From Planctomycetales bacterium (GTDB taxonomy: Bacteria; 4484-113; JAFGCY01), in contig CP060262.1 of NCBI GenBank assembly GCA_022646745.1, positions 120,001 to 152,000 on the forward strand: a DNA stretch of 32,000 nucleotides, in the 5' to 3' direction. Numbering within the stretch: the first letter of the stretch is position 1; each line of letters begins with the position of its first letter. Shown one piece after another: positions 31,990-32,000 of this stretch. Under the pieces are notes generated by a model. That model searched no databases. It had not been told where the DNA came from and worked only from the letters and a program-made list of their open reading frames with translations. Both the position numbers and the translations under genes were made by a program.

Positions 31990-32000
31990 ATTTTCGCCTC

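Overview
This is a GC-rich bacterial chromosomal segment (about 60% by eye, not computed). I can support 28 protein-coding genes. I recognise no rRNA, tRNA, CRISPR array, transposase, integrase or phage gene. Housekeeping and recognisable genes are an EPSP-synthase homologue (aroA-like), lipoyl synthase (lipA), a Na/Pi cotransporter, an HD-GYP phosphodiesterase, an SH3b x4 + NlpC/P60 cell-wall hydrolase, a di-haem cytochrome c lipoprotein, an EamA/DMT transporter, a VanZ-like protein and an IsdG/ABM-fold protein. There is also a same-strand run of small stress-type genes: one DinB_2, three tandem DinB paralogues, DUF4177 and DUF3052, plus a divergent SRPBCC gene. Many products are lipoproteins, including two tandem unknown paralogues, a YHYH protein, and three paralogues combining a dockerin-like double Ca-loop with about 7 propeller-like repeats. 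The main leads are four. (1) A Bcp/PrxQ peroxiredoxin has an in-frame TGA exactly at the peroxidatic-Cys position, so it is a candidate selenoprotein. (2) About 22% of the window is non-coding by my hand tally. That DNA is built from modular composite palindromes whose arms are short tandem words, very often heptamers, around conserved hairpin modules that show compensatory base changes. (3) A 1.4-kb gene-free interval carries a near-consensus sigma70 promoter, a hairpin-rich ~325-nt candidate RNA and a 337/345-nt tandem repeat. (4) Several genes have a -10 hexamer exactly 6 nt before the start codon and no Shine-Dalgarno sequence, which suggests leaderless mRNAs. All functional readings of the repeats and the candidate RNA are inference.
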